From: Bugula neritina | Lineage: Eukaryota > Animalia > Bryozoa | DNA length: 64,000 nt | Assembly (NCBI GenBank): GCA_964035545.1 | Contig: OZ037765.1 | Coordinates: 5,838,698-5,902,697, forward strand | Reading direction: 5' to 3' | Shown here: positions 39,503 to 54,500 of the stretch, piece after piece | How positions within the stretch are numbered: position 1 is the stretch's first letter | Layout of the letters: every line of letters begins with the position of its first letter | Made by a program: the position numbers and the translations under genes | The notes under the pieces: generated by a model | Databases searched by the model: none | What the model saw: only the letters and a program-made list of their open reading frames with translations | Told to the model about the DNA's origin: nothing

Positions 39503-42500
39503 ATGGATTGGAGAATCGTTAGTTCATGTGTATATTTGCTTATAAGTATAGGTAAGCTCAATACATGTAATATATTGCTTGCATCTTGTAAACTTTTTAC
39601 TTCTCTATTTGGTATGGTATCATGTTTTGTCAGAACTATGTTTTTTTAGCTTAATCTGTCACCTTAGCAACAATAATTATAAACTTTTTACAGCATTTAA
39701 ATTGTAACATTTGTTAAATGCACTCTATTCTCTTTACAATGTCAGTATTTACTCTCTGTACACGTGTCTTGTATATGTGATCTATTAGGGATTGTAAGAT
39801 GCCAAGTGCTAGATGTTGGAGTGTATCTAAACATGGCCGGTGTGAGTGGTTATATAGACTTTACTGCAGCTGGCCCAAGCGTCACTCAAGCCGCCCTCAA
39901 CCTCACGGGAACTAGTGGCTGGACAGGATGGGAAATTAGGGAATATCCTGTCACCACTACAGACTCTCGTGGCTGTAGTGATTCTGTTCTTGGGAAACGG
40001 TAGGGACTTCTATCTTTACCAAATTTCCTGTATATTTATCTTTACCAAATTCCCTTTTATTGTTATCTTTACCAAAATCTTTCTACTTCTAACTTTTTCA
40101 ATTTCCTCTTATTGTTACTTTTATCAATCTTCCTCGATTTCTACATTTACCAATTGCTAATTCTTGTGCTTTTTTAACTCCTTCTACTTTCACATTGAAA
40201 CCCTATTTTCTACTTATGCCTTCAATATTTTCTTCATCCGAGAAAAAGCATCCAACACCATTATCATAACTTCTGCACCCAACCAACCAAACTGCACATC
40301 TGGAAAGATTCGATCAGTCATTGCAAAGTCAAATTCTAATGAAATATAACTTAATCAAAGTCTAATGAAATCACATGCTAACACACTAAGGTAGAGAGGC
40401 TAAAGCTGTAGCTTCATGGTATAATCCATCGACTAGACCTGCTCGTGCAGCTGAACGTTATTTTTATTGTTTTATTGTAATAATATTACAGAAATGATTA
40501 TTTGCTTAGTGTGCCATTGTATTTAATATCTGTGCCACTGTTTCAAAATTTAAAGGATTTTAAGTAATCAATCATGTGTGAAGCTGACAGGGTGACTTCA
40601 ACTCGTTCTGTTGTAAAATTACAGACTTTTGATTGATTGCACTTTAAAACTCAGAAGTGGAAGTCTGTCTTAAATAAATTATAACACCCCAAACAGTAAC
40701 ATTAGAATACATTTAGTTACTCATAAATGAGGAGCATTGACTTTTCTAATGTGATGCAATTGCTGCATATACCAAAAATACCTCAATTTAAAAGTACAAT
40801 ATATTTTATATCCCAAATATGAAGCGAGTTTAAATAAATTCGTCATTAAAATTGCTTCAACCTGAGTTATGAGCATCTACATATACTTTATAAGTATCAA
40901 TATTTTCACTGCCACCAAATCTATGCGATGTATTATTTGTTTTCTTATACTCTATAAACAATAGCTATTGTTCCAATAGGAATTTTATATTTATATATAG
41001 GCTGCTGCATTTTGGAGTTATAAGATTGTCTAATATAAATGAGCAATAATACAAAGTATTTGTTTCTAGGATACATGATCTTTCAACGTATCTGGAAATA
41101 AAAGATGCTACTCCAGGGCAAGAAGTGACAATGCAGGGTGTTTCTCTGGTCATCGGAAATAATGCCATTCTTGGTAAGCTTTAGGTTGTAACTTTCTATC
41201 AAAGTGGTGCACACCGAATTCCTTTTCAAACAGATTGAACAGCAAAATGGTGATCCAAAAGCACAAAACTATTGAATTAGTCTTTTTTTTATTTACTTTT
41301 CAATTAAATTTGTAGCACAGAAAGTTAGAGTAGGTGTAGAGCTGTAGAAAATCGATGGCTAAAGATATTTGTATTATGAGAATAATTGTGAAATAAAGCA
41401 ATCACATTTAACACTTCAAATGCTTGCTGAAAAGTTAAAATAGAAATCAAAGCTAATCCAAAATTATCTCTGCACTTGAAAGAGAAAGCTCTTCCAAGTC
41501 TTGGGATTGCCAGATGGCAAGCAAATGCCAATTCTGTAAAGTGAAGATGTAAACCACAAATATGTCACATTAACTAGTCACATTAACTAGTTACATTAAC
41601 TAGTCACATTAACTAGTCACATTAACCAGTCACATTAACTAGTCACATTAACTAGTCACATTAACTAGAGCTATAGTTGATTTAATGGGTTTGACAACAG
41701 TATTTATTCACCAAAAGATATAAATAGCGAGAATGGCCCAGTTTCTCTTCCATAATTTATTCTTAGTATAACCCAATAATCCCACGTACGCAGTATGAAA
41801 GTTGAACTAGGGAAAGGACAGATGAATGCAAGCTCATAAGTTTTACTTAAGCTATTACTAAACTCTGCAATCGAGGTTTTTTTGTTAGAAGCTTTTTCCT
41901 GAGTATATTCATCTAGTTGCACAAGTCAACTGTTAATCACTGGTGCTTAATTCCTAATCAATTATATGGAATTACAGTGGTAATGTTTCCTCTATAGACC
42001 ATGTGTAAGAGTTTAGTCTATCTCAAGTTATCTGCAGTACTGTACATCGAATGTTTTGTGTTGACTTGCATAGGAAGATCTCTACTGCTTACTAAGGGAG
42101 ATGTGAGAGCATGTGCTACTATAATACAGCGCCAGGAGCATATTTCCTATGCCGTGGTAAAAGGCCATATTAGTGGTGATGTGCATGTACGGCAAGTTAA
42201 CACCAACTTATTTGCTGTGCTCACCGATTTGTTCAGTACAAAATCACTCACACAAAGCCAAACCATGTAAGTATATCTGTATAATCACTATTAAAGTGCA
42301 CTAATATCTTATTTCTTATATTCTAAGCATAATTTTAGTGTTAAACAAAGCTTGTTACCTAATTATTTGCATAAAATTGTAACAGTTTGAAGATCTACAA
42401 CGGCAGCATAGAGGTAGACAAGGCGGCAGCACAGGCCCAGGTGGTAGATGTTGGCAGCAGATGTGACCAGGTGTCTAAAAGGTCAACTCTGATCGCTCAG

Positions 42501-45500
42501 TTCCACAATGTTCCAGTGTCTGGTGGGGGTGGTTCCATCAGAAATATGCTCAATGTTATTGTTGAACCTGGGGAGTTTGACTTCTCCTGTAAGTCTTTAC
42601 AATAATAAGTAAAAATAGCTCTACAAAAGATACAGTTTGTTACAACAAGTTAATTGAGACACACCTAACAGTTGACATGTATAATAACTAGCTAGTTTTT
42701 GTTCATTAAAGCGTGCTCACAAGATCACAGTGAAGACTCCTAAAAACTGTTGATTAAATGTTTTCCTTTCCTTTGCTTAAAATCAAACTGACATTTATTG
42801 GAAGTGCAGAATCTTTGTTAACTGTTTTCAATATGCATACAACAAAAATCTCTTTTCCTGTAGTATATGTATATGATAATCATTAACAAGTATAAAATAT
42901 TTGTTGGAACTTTCACAATTGGTTTTTTAGAGAAAATTGCATTATATTCATTTAAGAACATTTAATAACCAAAAACACTCAATACTTGCATCATTATTTT
43001 ATACGCATGCTATTCTGCAGCTGGCTCTATACTGTTTGGAGACGACTCCCAAACTTCCTGCGCTAACTTCCATCTCTATGAGCCTAAGACAGTACAGGCT
43101 GTGTTCAGTAGAGATGGTGTTGATGGTAGTATAACATTCAAGCAAGATAATCCTTTCAAACCTACCACAGTTGGTGTTAAGCTACAGGTGAACAAAAACA
43201 TATATTTACCAAATGAAGCATGGGTTTTCTTATCTTCTTGCATTTATATTTTATCTGGTATCATCCTTCCTGAAAGGTTTCTGTAACTCAACTTTCCAAA
43301 AACTTTTATCTGTAGAATTTACAGAACATGGCTGGTGGCTACCATGTACACAAGTTTCCACTACCGTACCAGTTCACTACTGAGACAGATCTTTGTGGAT
43401 CTGGTGTTACCAGCGGACACTTCAATCCTTTAGGGGCTACTACTGGCAGTACACAAGACGAGTTTGAGGTAGGATTTATTTCTGTGATCCAGCAGGTTGC
43501 ATTCTTACCTCTAGCAACTTTGATTGTTCTACATACATATATTAATTGCTATAATATTTATTCTTAGTTACAGAAATAAATTCAAACAATTTGGTGTAAA
43601 AGCAGTTTAGATTATAAGCTAAGTCTAAAAGAATGAGGCCATCCTACTCTCCCTCCTTTACTTTATTCTTGAATGAAAGGAAATCTGCCCACACCTTGTT
43701 ATTGGGAAGCTGTTTCTAAGAGTTGTAGAAGATTATCTTTGGATTATGGTTTAGAATTTCAAATGAAATGAAAACCAACCTTAATTCAGATGAGCTTATG
43801 ACTCGTTGCCACTGTTTCTACGGTGATTGATATAATAAAGCATTTGTCTTTTGCTATCTCTTGTTTTTATCTAAAAATGGAAAACATAGAGAGGCAGTAA
43901 AACACTACTCATTTAGCTTGTTTTCTAACAATAGCTTAACAATAAGAGTTTACATTAGAGTTAGTTTTATGACAGAATGGGAGATTATAGGAGGAGGGGG
44001 GGAGGGCTGAGCTGTGATGTTATCCAATATTTCATTATAGGCCATGTTCAATGTGTCAACAGCTACTTCCCTGGTAATCTAATTGTACTTCCCCTGCAAT
44101 AGATTGAGTATCCACAGCTGTAACTTTTTGAACTGTTGAAACTTTGCTTAAGTATTCAACGACTTTGTCAGGAGGTTTTATTCAATACCTCCAGCAAATG
44201 CATTCATTAATTTATATACAGTGCATTAATATTATATAATTTCGGCAAAAGTGGTGGGGTTTACAATGCTCTATTATAAGCATGATAAATCTTTATTTAT
44301 CCACACCCAACAACATCAAATTTAATATTGCATTACGAAATGAGTTTAACATAAACTGTACTAATAATATAAATATCCCATAATATAGTGTTTCATTTCT
44401 TAGAAAAAAAGAAAATTTATTTTTGCTCATGATGGATGAAAAAGAGGAAGACATTACTCAAATATTACACATTAAAATTTTTCTAGAACTTTGAACTGTG
44501 AGGTAAAAAAAGTTTACAGGGCAGTAGAAGTTATGCAATATATTACATGATTTCCAATGTTTCACAAATAAAGTAGACTCAAACTTACAGTTGGTGCACT
44601 TCATGTAAAATTCAAGTTGAGGAAGTTGCTATATATATACCTCCGTAACTATGAATAGACACAAAATATTAAATATTCTATTGCACAATATTTCTTGGTT
44701 GTAAAATCAAATTTATATAAAGATATGTGCACACAAGTTTTACATACATGTTTTATTTAGATTGGAGATTTGAGTGGGAAACATGGCTTCTTAACTGGAC
44801 TAACCAACATCAATAAGGTCTACACAGATTCATATCTGCCTCTGTTTGGTGAACACAGCGTTGTGGGACGCTCCATTGTAATACATTCACCAGGAGGGGC
44901 CAGATGGATGTGTGCCAACATTGGATATTCTGGACCAGTTACTGTTGCTAAAGCAGAGTTTAATGGAGATGTTCTAGGTTTGACTAATTTCTATTTATAG
45001 AATGGCAGTAATAACATTCCCTGTAACAGACAGGAAGTGTTCTATTATTTACTTTATCATGGTAACAGTAAACCCACTTAATGTAATAGCTATACTACAT
45101 TTTATTTATTTTTAGCTAATGAGCTCTTTTGGTAACTTCCACAACGCCTAAAACAATAGCAGAAATTTTCTGTAATTAGCTGGTATAATGTTCATGAAAG
45201 ATTTGATGTATTTCTGTTTTTGCTAGACTTCAGTATTGCTAAATAATTGGAAGTTACGCTGTAGCGTGTTTACTGCATTATTTATATATGCGCAAGCTCT
45301 GTGAGAAACAGGTGGAAAAGATTTTAAGGGCTATAAACTTCTTTGCCTCTCTTTATTCTAGTAACACAGTTTAAGGACTTAATAGTAGCTCAGGAGTTGA
45401 GCAACAACCTAGCGTAAAGTGTCATGATAGACAAGTGTCTGCCCATTGAATCAGGGTCTCTCCTTTACGTATAGGCATGCCTCCTATATCAATTACATCA

Positions 45501-48500
45501 GTGCAAGTGTAAAGCTGTAGCCTCATTCAGATCAGTTGCAATATAGTCATCTAGTTCGAATTTCTGATTTGGTTTCCTTATGACTATTACTTGATATTTC
45601 CTGTTAGCTGTGTTGAAATTATATATGCTAGAATGTTGTGAATGGCACAAAATATCTCCTTTATGTATCTGAGAGGATTTTCTTCTCAATATTCCATTAT
45701 GACTGTTACTTTGGGCATGTGTATCAAATGTCTGTGGAAGATGTATTCGGTTATAGAGTTAATGCTGTGATATATACTGAAGACCATTGATTTGAATCTT
45801 CTAAAACACAAACGTTAGTGTTTGTGTAGTGTTGAAAAGCTGTTCTAGGTATTTGAAAAATATTATCTATCTACACATAGTTAACTTGTTGAATGTTAGA
45901 CAATCATAGTATTTATCTACAGGCACCATAACATTTGTCCAAGAGGAGAATAAGCCATGGGCTGACACTGCACTGTTCATTGAGATGTCAGATGCAGGGG
46001 AGACAATTGAAGAAACTTTAAATCACAATTATCACATTCATATGAGCCCTGTTGGTGATGACTATCTGGCTAACACTGGCAGGTGTGCCTCTACTGGTGG
46101 TCACTGGAATCCATTTGATGCTCCCATTTCAGGTTTGACTTGTGTTTGCCATGTCCCATATGCATTACTTTTATCATTAATATTACTAGAGAAAGAAAAG
46201 TCATTTTAATTAAATATTCGTTGACTATTAATATAGTTCCTTCTTACCTGTCAAAAGGTTATTTTTGTTGTTTTAATGTTTTTGCAATATTTTATTTCTA
46301 GTCATAAAGTCTTGTCCTGTTCCTGTGCCTTTCCAATCCTCAATTTATATTTTTATATATAACAGAACTTTAAAATGGCAGCACTTCAAAATCTTGTAGA
46401 TTCCGCTGTATACAAGCCAACCTGTGCTGCCAATAGACTGGGCTGTGAAGTAGGAGATCTCAGCAACAAGTATAATGAGACAATAAACATAGCAGCAGGT
46501 CAAACTTCTGCCAAGTACTTCTATACGGATAATATTCCTCTGTCTGGTGCCTACTCTGTTATAAAGAGATCTGTTACCATCCACCAACAGCAGAAAGCTG
46601 CAGCCAGATATGTCTGTGCGGACATTGTCAAGAAGGTGAGTTGTATAGTGATTAATATGCAATAATAATAACCTTGCTCTTATCTTTCAAACAATGGATA
46701 ATTCCAAGAGTTATGTTGTTTCATGATGTTCATGAGGTTAATAGTATATTGTGAAGACGTATCATCCCCTCTATCTGTCCGGCCCACCACTTCTCTACTC
46801 CCACTCAAGTTAGCTAAAACTTCATAAAACCTGGATATGCATGCTGGACTCTCATATCATAGTAAACACTCCTTGATGTCTAACAGCTTGCAGTAACCTG
46901 TTCTTTTTACACCAACTTTCCATGTTGGTCTATTTGAAGGCTTTTGACTTCATGTCATATATGACTCATCATTATGTGTCATACTTTCCAATTTATGTCC
47001 TGTATTACTCTCTGTGAAATGTTTTACCAGTGGTTTAAGCAAAGCATTAGGCAAATAATCTCCTTGGTTATGTGGGAAGCTGTAATTGAAAGCAATGAAT
47101 ATACAATCTGCCTGGTTACACACCAGCAAACCAGTGTGCAGTCGTTAGCTAACAACAACCCGTATTTGTGATTACATGGTTGCTTAGATACCTTGTTATT
47201 ACATGACAGTATACACTTTCCAGAAATTAAAGTACCACAGTTGGTTTTTTAGCTTTATGTTATATAATATGCAGAAACAAAAACTTTAGCTTTTAGCTCT
47301 AACATTTTATTGTTGAACTGTTGCTGCTACTGGCAAGGTTCTAGACTGTATTGAAAAGCACAGCTCTCAGAAAATAACAAGCACTGTTTTTAGAATATAG
47401 TAATAGTAGTAAATGGATATATTATGTGTTTATAAAATATGTTGTGAGCATGGGGTTGCACTGGTGCAACCAATGCTAGAGGGAAAAAAACCATCAGCAA
47501 ATAGATATGAGAAGTTGTCTTCTAGTATTAACATGTGAAATGATCTACTTGGCAGCTGATACCTGTTATAAGGACGGAGGATGAGTGGCAGATGCTGTCT
47601 ACTCCAATGGTGACAGGAGATATCGTGATGGCCTCTTCTGGCCTGCCTTCTGCTGTCACAGACGTAAACGTGTCTCTCAGTGGTTTGAACAGAGTTGCAG
47701 GTGGCTACCATGTACACCAGTACCCTTTAAACACCAGGAACCCTGGTGATAACATTTGTGGCACTACAGGCGGACACTACAATCCCTTAGGTGTGTATAG
47801 CTTGTGGTTTTTTATGATTTCTACATTGCTGTTTAGTTAATGTAAAGCTTGCATTTTGAAAAAAAGAAACAGGTATTTTCTAAATGTGAAATAGTTTATA
47901 TGTCAATAATTGTCTATTCCAATTCATATTCTCATATAGATGTTTATAATTCAAGAAGGATAACTCCTAAACTTCAACAATAAAAGTTGTTCAAAAAAAT
48001 TTTTGTTTCTCCATTAGTTGTGATAGTTAACCGTATGCAAGTATATTCCCACACTATGTGTATATGTCGCGTGCTGGTAATATATACCATATGCTAATAT
48101 CACCTGCTAGGAGCATCAAACTGGGAAGCAAATGACACTCTTGACATGTACGAGATTGGAGACCTCTCAAGTAAATTCAAGTACTTAACAGATTTGACTG
48201 ATTACACGGCTCAGGTATGGCGCATGCCATCTTGGATATTAACATTATTAATTTAGTATAGTCACTTACTGGTGGTAAATCTATCATACATCATGGATAT
48301 TCCATTTCCTTGTCTCAAAATATAAAAATGTTTCCTTAAAGTCGTGTTGAGGTCAACTGCTTTTTCAAATATTTGACATGTTGTGATTAAAGTTGTGTCT
48401 TGACTAAATGTACACAGCAAATCTAAAACGGCTGATTCTATCAACTAAATAAGTTATTCAACTGCCTGCTTCATTTTTAAACATTCAAAGCTAAACTTTA

Positions 48501-51500
48501 ATTCGTTGAGAAACTCTAAAGTTTATGAGATTCACTTTTAAAGAAATGATGAAGTATGCATACAGTTAAAGGTTAAGTGTCAAATAATTGCATTAGTTTA
48601 TACAAGTATAAATAATGGTGCTCATTTTCCAGCTCTCGGACACAAATCTACCTCTGAGTGGTGCATACTCAGTAGCTGGTAGGAGCGTTGTCATACACGA
48701 CTCGTCTTCTGCCAGGTGGAAATGTACAAACTTAGTCTGGGATACTCAGGCCATGAATGGAACTTTGCTTCAAGCAAGAGCTGAATTCTTTGGAGAAATC
48801 GAGGGTCATATAACATTTGTGAGTACAAGTACAATACACACCAACTGTACGTAAATGTTGATATAACATATTAAGTGTCGAGTCTCAAAATCATCTCCGA
48901 TGTTTGTCACATAAACAAGTTAGGAGATTTGGTAGAGTAACAGCGATGGCTGAATGCCTAATAAAGGAATCTTTCAATTCTTTTACACAGATAAAACAAT
49001 TATACTGCTATTAATTTGTTATGTATGAAATAAGAGTTTAGTTCATTTTACCTTAATGAGATCCTGACTTCATTGCTCCTCTGTTAGCCACAAGTATGTT
49101 TGCTGCCAGTGGCCTCCTGGCTGAGCAATAACCTTTGGCTAAAGAGCAATTTGCAATTTTGAATACCTACTGCACATTATTTTAAAATGTATACAGTACA
49201 GCTAGCAACTTAGAATCTAACCCCATGACTAATTTGTAACCAAAAACTCATTGAAATAAAAATATGCTGTCGCTGCTGTTATCTAGTCCCAGGTGGTGAC
49301 CCCTGAAGGAGAGAGTGATGTCAGCATAGAGGTGATGCTGTGGTACAGAGATGAGATTGCTGCCGCCACATCAAACCACAACTGGCACGTCCACGTGTCT
49401 AGCGTGGATGGTGATGATTGCGCCACTGCTAATGGACACTACAATCCTTTCAATGCTCCAGTCAGCTCTGCGGTAAGCCTATTCAGTGCAGGACTACTTT
49501 TTGAGTGACTTGTACGTTATGTGTTCTTTATTGTGCATGCTGTGTAGTACACAATTTTGGGTATGTAAAATATTTGACCACACTGGGAATCGAACCACAG
49601 ATCTCTGGCTTGCAAGCTAACATGTTTACCATTAGACCATAGGAGCTACTGGGAAATCTCAATTCTACAGAGCTCCATATATAAACTTAGTTAGTGGGTT
49701 TCATTAAAGTCGTACTTGTATTTGCTATTACTTGTGTGTAGGAGTACAGTACAGAGTGCAACTCTCAGACACCCAGGAAATGTGAATATGGTGACATGTC
49801 AGGGAAGCTGAGTAAACTGGCTATCGGTACGGCAGCTGCTCCAACTCGTTACGTCTTCAATGATAACTTCCTGTCTCTCAACGGAAAGTTTGCTGGTAAT
49901 ACTTTTCAATCTTTTTTATTTATTAATTAGTAGACAAAGTATTTGTATTTGAAAGCTGGCACTTGGTGGAATCTCTTACATTATTTTTGTAACCTTCATT
50001 AATGGTCTTTGCAATCTGTTGATCTTTTAAAAACTTCAAATTTGCTCCAATTCACAACATCAAAAATTATAAAATGTAAATTATATAATATAAAATAATA
50101 TGTGCTATGAGAACATTATATGATGTAATATATGTAATATGAGAACATTATATGATGTAATATGTGTAATATGAGAACACTATATGATATGATATTGATG
50201 AGCAAAATATTTACTAGATGCATTATGGGAATATAAAAAATTATATTTCATGGAGGCATTCATTTTTAAGATACACATATTTTTTAAATATCTATGCCCT
50301 TTGGCTATTTAACTTATTTATTTTACGGTGTACATAACTCTAGATAAGTCTGAAACCCTTATATTGCCTACAAAAGTGCATAGAAGCGTCACAAGACTTT
50401 TGAGTTGAAATAATAAATAATATTTTAATGTTGTAGGCTGATTTCTATATTCCACAAATAATAATTGTAATTTTTCCATGAGATGTGTATTTAGTAATGC
50501 ATTGTGATTTAACAAGGTTGCAGGCCATCATAACATTTTCTGGCCATTTTAAACAATATTTAAAATGTCTGCATGCTGCATCTTCGTAGTGATTGGCCGG
50601 TCAGTTGTTATTCATGCTGCTGACTCTGGTGCTGCCCGTGTGGCATGTGCTGACATAGCGCCGTTTGGTGGAGCTACGCAGGTTGTTGAGTATCACATAA
50701 TGGAGCCAAGTGGAATCTTCAAGTAAGTTGTCTTATCTTGTTCAAAATGTGTTTTATAATTATTATAATATTATTATAATTATATTGGAATATAAGATTG
50801 TAGGTGGAAACTAATATATAGTCTGGTAAATCTTTTGCATATATGTATTATAGACATCATTGTATACATATCAGCTTCCCAATGTGATGGCATTTAAGTT
50901 GATTATTAATTTTCTGTAAAGTTTTCGGTTAATTAATCGAACCTTAAAATTGAGAAATTGTTTACTAATAAAATATGTCAATGATATTGTGTTATTTACT
51001 GAAAATATCCAACCAATAAACTGAATAATATTATGTCTTCTAATTGCATCTGTTTTCATCTTATTACAGAGATGCCATGGCTGCTGCCATCACAGAAAGT
51101 GTAGAGGCTGATGACACGCAGGTGGTGTATGTTGTTGAAGGATCCACGAGAAATAATTGCACAGCCGTGGAGATATACTTCACAGGTACTTCTGTAGCAA
51201 ATCATCAGTCTTTGCAGTAAATATTCTTGCATTATCCACTTACTGTTAAGATAAAAAGTAATTATTTGCTGTTGAATTATGTTTTTCAGGAGATCAAGCG
51301 AGAGAGTTGAAGCAAAGATTCGACCCGGCTACTTTGCCATTGGCTTATCGCAATGTTGACGTCTGCAATGCTGGTAAGTCTGCATCTTCTAACTGGCAGC
51401 TCAACAACTTCAACTTTATTTTCTCCCTTATATCCGTACTGCCTAATACTTATGGACCACCAAAATAACTATATTCATTGCCAGTAAAATATGCTGCTAT

Positions 51501-54500
51501 AGGGCAGCACTAGAATAGAATTAAGACCATCTGATTAGGTCTAGCTTTTTCTTCTATTAATATCATATTAGCAAAGTAAATCATGACTCAATTGAACCAT
51601 TTTTTTTCAAATGTCAACTTGTAGATTCATAAACAAATTTAACTTTGTTTACTTTTTGATGTCTATAGACTGGGCTGAGTTTTAATAGAAATGTTTCACT
51701 TAGTCTTTCTAACTGTTCATTTTGCTAGGCGGAAAAGCGCAGTATGAAATTCGAGCATTTTTCAATATGGCGGGTGTAAAAGGAGATATCGAGTTTCGAG
51801 AAACAAGTATCGACAGAACTCGAGCTATCATCAGTATTGCGACAAACGAGTCATATCAGTGGGAAATTAGAGAATTTCCTGTTCTTACGACAGATGCCAA
51901 ATCCTGTGATGAAGCCTCTTTGGGCCGTGTGTAAGTAGCCTTGTGGGAAAGTTATTAGTAAAATTAAGATCTATGGCTGTTTAAGATTATTAAACAGTGC
52001 TGTTTCTGTCGGTATTAACTAGCTGAATTTTTCAGAAAAAGTGAATGTCAATTTATTTTAACTATATTACTGTTTCATCAATAAATTTGAACATATAAAA
52101 TATTGTATTAAACTTCATTCTTTCTTTTTAGTTTATATTTGACTTTATAGACAAAAGTTATCATACGCAATATAAGCATTTCCTTAAAATATAATAAATT
52201 TTAAATTATTGTAGTTATCACATAGTCTGAGTTTTGTTCAAAGTCATAAAATGTAGGCAAATACAGTTTTAACTTCTGAAAGTATCTAATGTCAATCAGA
52301 AAATGTTGTTGTTTCAACAGTGTGAAGGATTTGACTGAGTTCCTAGATGTGGTAGACAGCAATACTCGAATGGGCTCTAGTGTGGAACTGAAAGATGTCT
52401 CCATGACTGAAGGAGCAGATGCTATTCTTGGTGTGTAATTTTTCTATTATTGTTTATTGACTGCTGCCTTAACTCTCACCTTAATGCAGCTGATACTTCT
52501 CATGTCCGACAAAACAGCATATCAACCTAAGGATTGTCTGCTCCTGAACTCATTTTGGTGAAGGCATAGATTTCATGATTCATAGAATATGTTTTTACAA
52601 GGGCATCTACAAATTTAGTTTCTTTGTATTTCTTAGCTTGAAAAGCAATTTGTGCACAGTTCAATGATACATTCTAACCTTTTACAATTTTTAAGCTAAA
52701 GTGAAAAGATGAGTACCTTACACTGGTGAATTATAGTACACAGAGTAGTAGAGCTGTAAGCAACTGCGTATTTTATAGGAAGGTCATTACTGCTCAAAAG
52801 TGGTAATAGAAGAGCCTGTGCAACCATCCAGGGACCTGAGTCTCTCTTGTTCTCAACAGTCAAGGGACCTGTGGCTGGCCAGGTTCATGTACGCCAAGTC
52901 GGGTCTCGTTACGCCGTATTTACGGAGCTATTTAGCACCACTTCTCTTCAGCCAAGTTCTTCACCGTAAGTTTAGTAGAAAAAATTGTGAAACTTTTTCC
53001 CCACTGAGATTCGAACTTGAAACCTCCGGCTTGCATTCAGGCGCACTAACAATTACACCACGGGGGCCACTGGGTGAACTCAACAATACAAAAATAAGCA
53101 TTGTATCTGCAAGCTGTAACTTGTTCATAGCTTTCTTGTATGAAACTTGATTATATACAATTGCTGAGAGAAAAATATTTTCTGTTATTATTTTCTGTCC
53201 TAAGTTCTATTAAAGCTGCAATAAAATATCTAAGCTTTGTTTGCTGTCTAGGCTGAAAGTTTACAGAGGAGAAGTGAATGCTGACTCACCTGCTGCTCAA
53301 ATGAGTACCTTTTCTCTAAGTCAGAGATGTTCTTCTGCAGCGACCATGATGGGGGAGGTCAAGGACGTTCCAATAGCTGCTGGTGGCTCCAGCAGCAAAT
53401 ACTTCAATTATATTACTCCAACCACGAGAAGTTTTGACTTTGCAAGTGAGCATACAAAGCGACATTCTATAATCCACATCAATACATTCTTTAATTTAAC
53501 TCAATTTTAGCTTTAGAGCTTACATTTTATGTAATGATAAATCAGCCTCTCCAGAATTTAGACAGAGTATAGTATAAATTTTGGTAGACATACCATGTGT
53601 TTTGTGTAACAACATAGTATATATGCTTCACGATAATTTATATGTTTAGGTAGCTGGTTGAAAATAGGAGACAACTCTCAAACTTCGTGCGCTAACTTCC
53701 ATCTCTACGAGCCTAAGACAGTGCAGGCTGTGTTCAGTAGAGATAGTGTTGATGGTAGTGTAACATTCAAGCAAGATAATCCTTTCAAACCTACCACAGT
53801 CAGTGTTGAGCTGCAGGTAAATGGAAACAAATATTAATGAAATGGAATATGGGTTTTCTTATCTTCTTGCATTTATATTTTATCTGGTAGACATCTTTAT
53901 TCCTGGAAGGTTTCTGTCACTCAACTTTCAAAAACTTTTATCTGTAGAATTTACAGAACATGGCTGGTGGTTATCATGTACATGAATTCCCTCTACCGTA
54001 CCAGTTCACTACTGAGACAGATCTTTGTGGATCTGGTGTTACCAGAGGACACTTCAATCCTTTAGGGGCTACTACTGGCAGTACACAAGATGAGTTTGAG
54101 GTAGGATTTATGTGTAAAGTGACGGCTCAAACTAAATATTCTTATGTGAAGCTGTTTGACTAAATTGAACTGCAAGTCTCTTATAATCATATTATGTCAG
54201 GAAAGATAGGTTGTAATGAAATATTTATATTCTCATTAGAAATAGATCAGCGCAGTTACATGATTAAATAGATCAAGCAACTAAGTACCCTTAGCTCAAA
54301 CTGGATGTATAATTGCAGGCTTTTTGAAGAGTTGTATTTCTGCGTTAAAGCAGTTATGTTTTAAATATAAATATCAAAACAAATTGACAGTTTATATGTT
54401 AATTTACAGTGTTAAATTAATAATATATATGTTTTTATTTAGTTTTATATTAATTTTGAGTACTTTTTCAGGTTTGCTGTATTAATTTCCATTATAAGCG

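Larger units (their letters stand above)
39789..51373 (+). other. SOD-repeat unit 1: 2 His-less SOD-like domains, 4 Cu-only SOD domains, and a C-terminal domain of about 90 aa
   Basis: Exons 39789-39999, 41070-41173, 42074-42266, 42386-42588, 43021-43187, 43316-43468, 44761-44977, 45923-46132, 46400-46635, 47556-47790, 48111-48214, 48633-48818, 49287-49472, 49742-49895, 50590-50722, 51070-51185, 51290-51373. Confidence 0.92.

Noticed and set aside
51691-51740. Frameshifted signal peptide MFHLVFL/LFILLGGKAQ directly upstream of unit 2
   Set aside because: It needs a 1-nt deletion; T-rich acceptor tracts give hydrophobic codons by chance; both other leaders are split by a phase-1 intron at this point. 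Still worth one look at raw reads, because an indel error would make unit 2 a separate gene.
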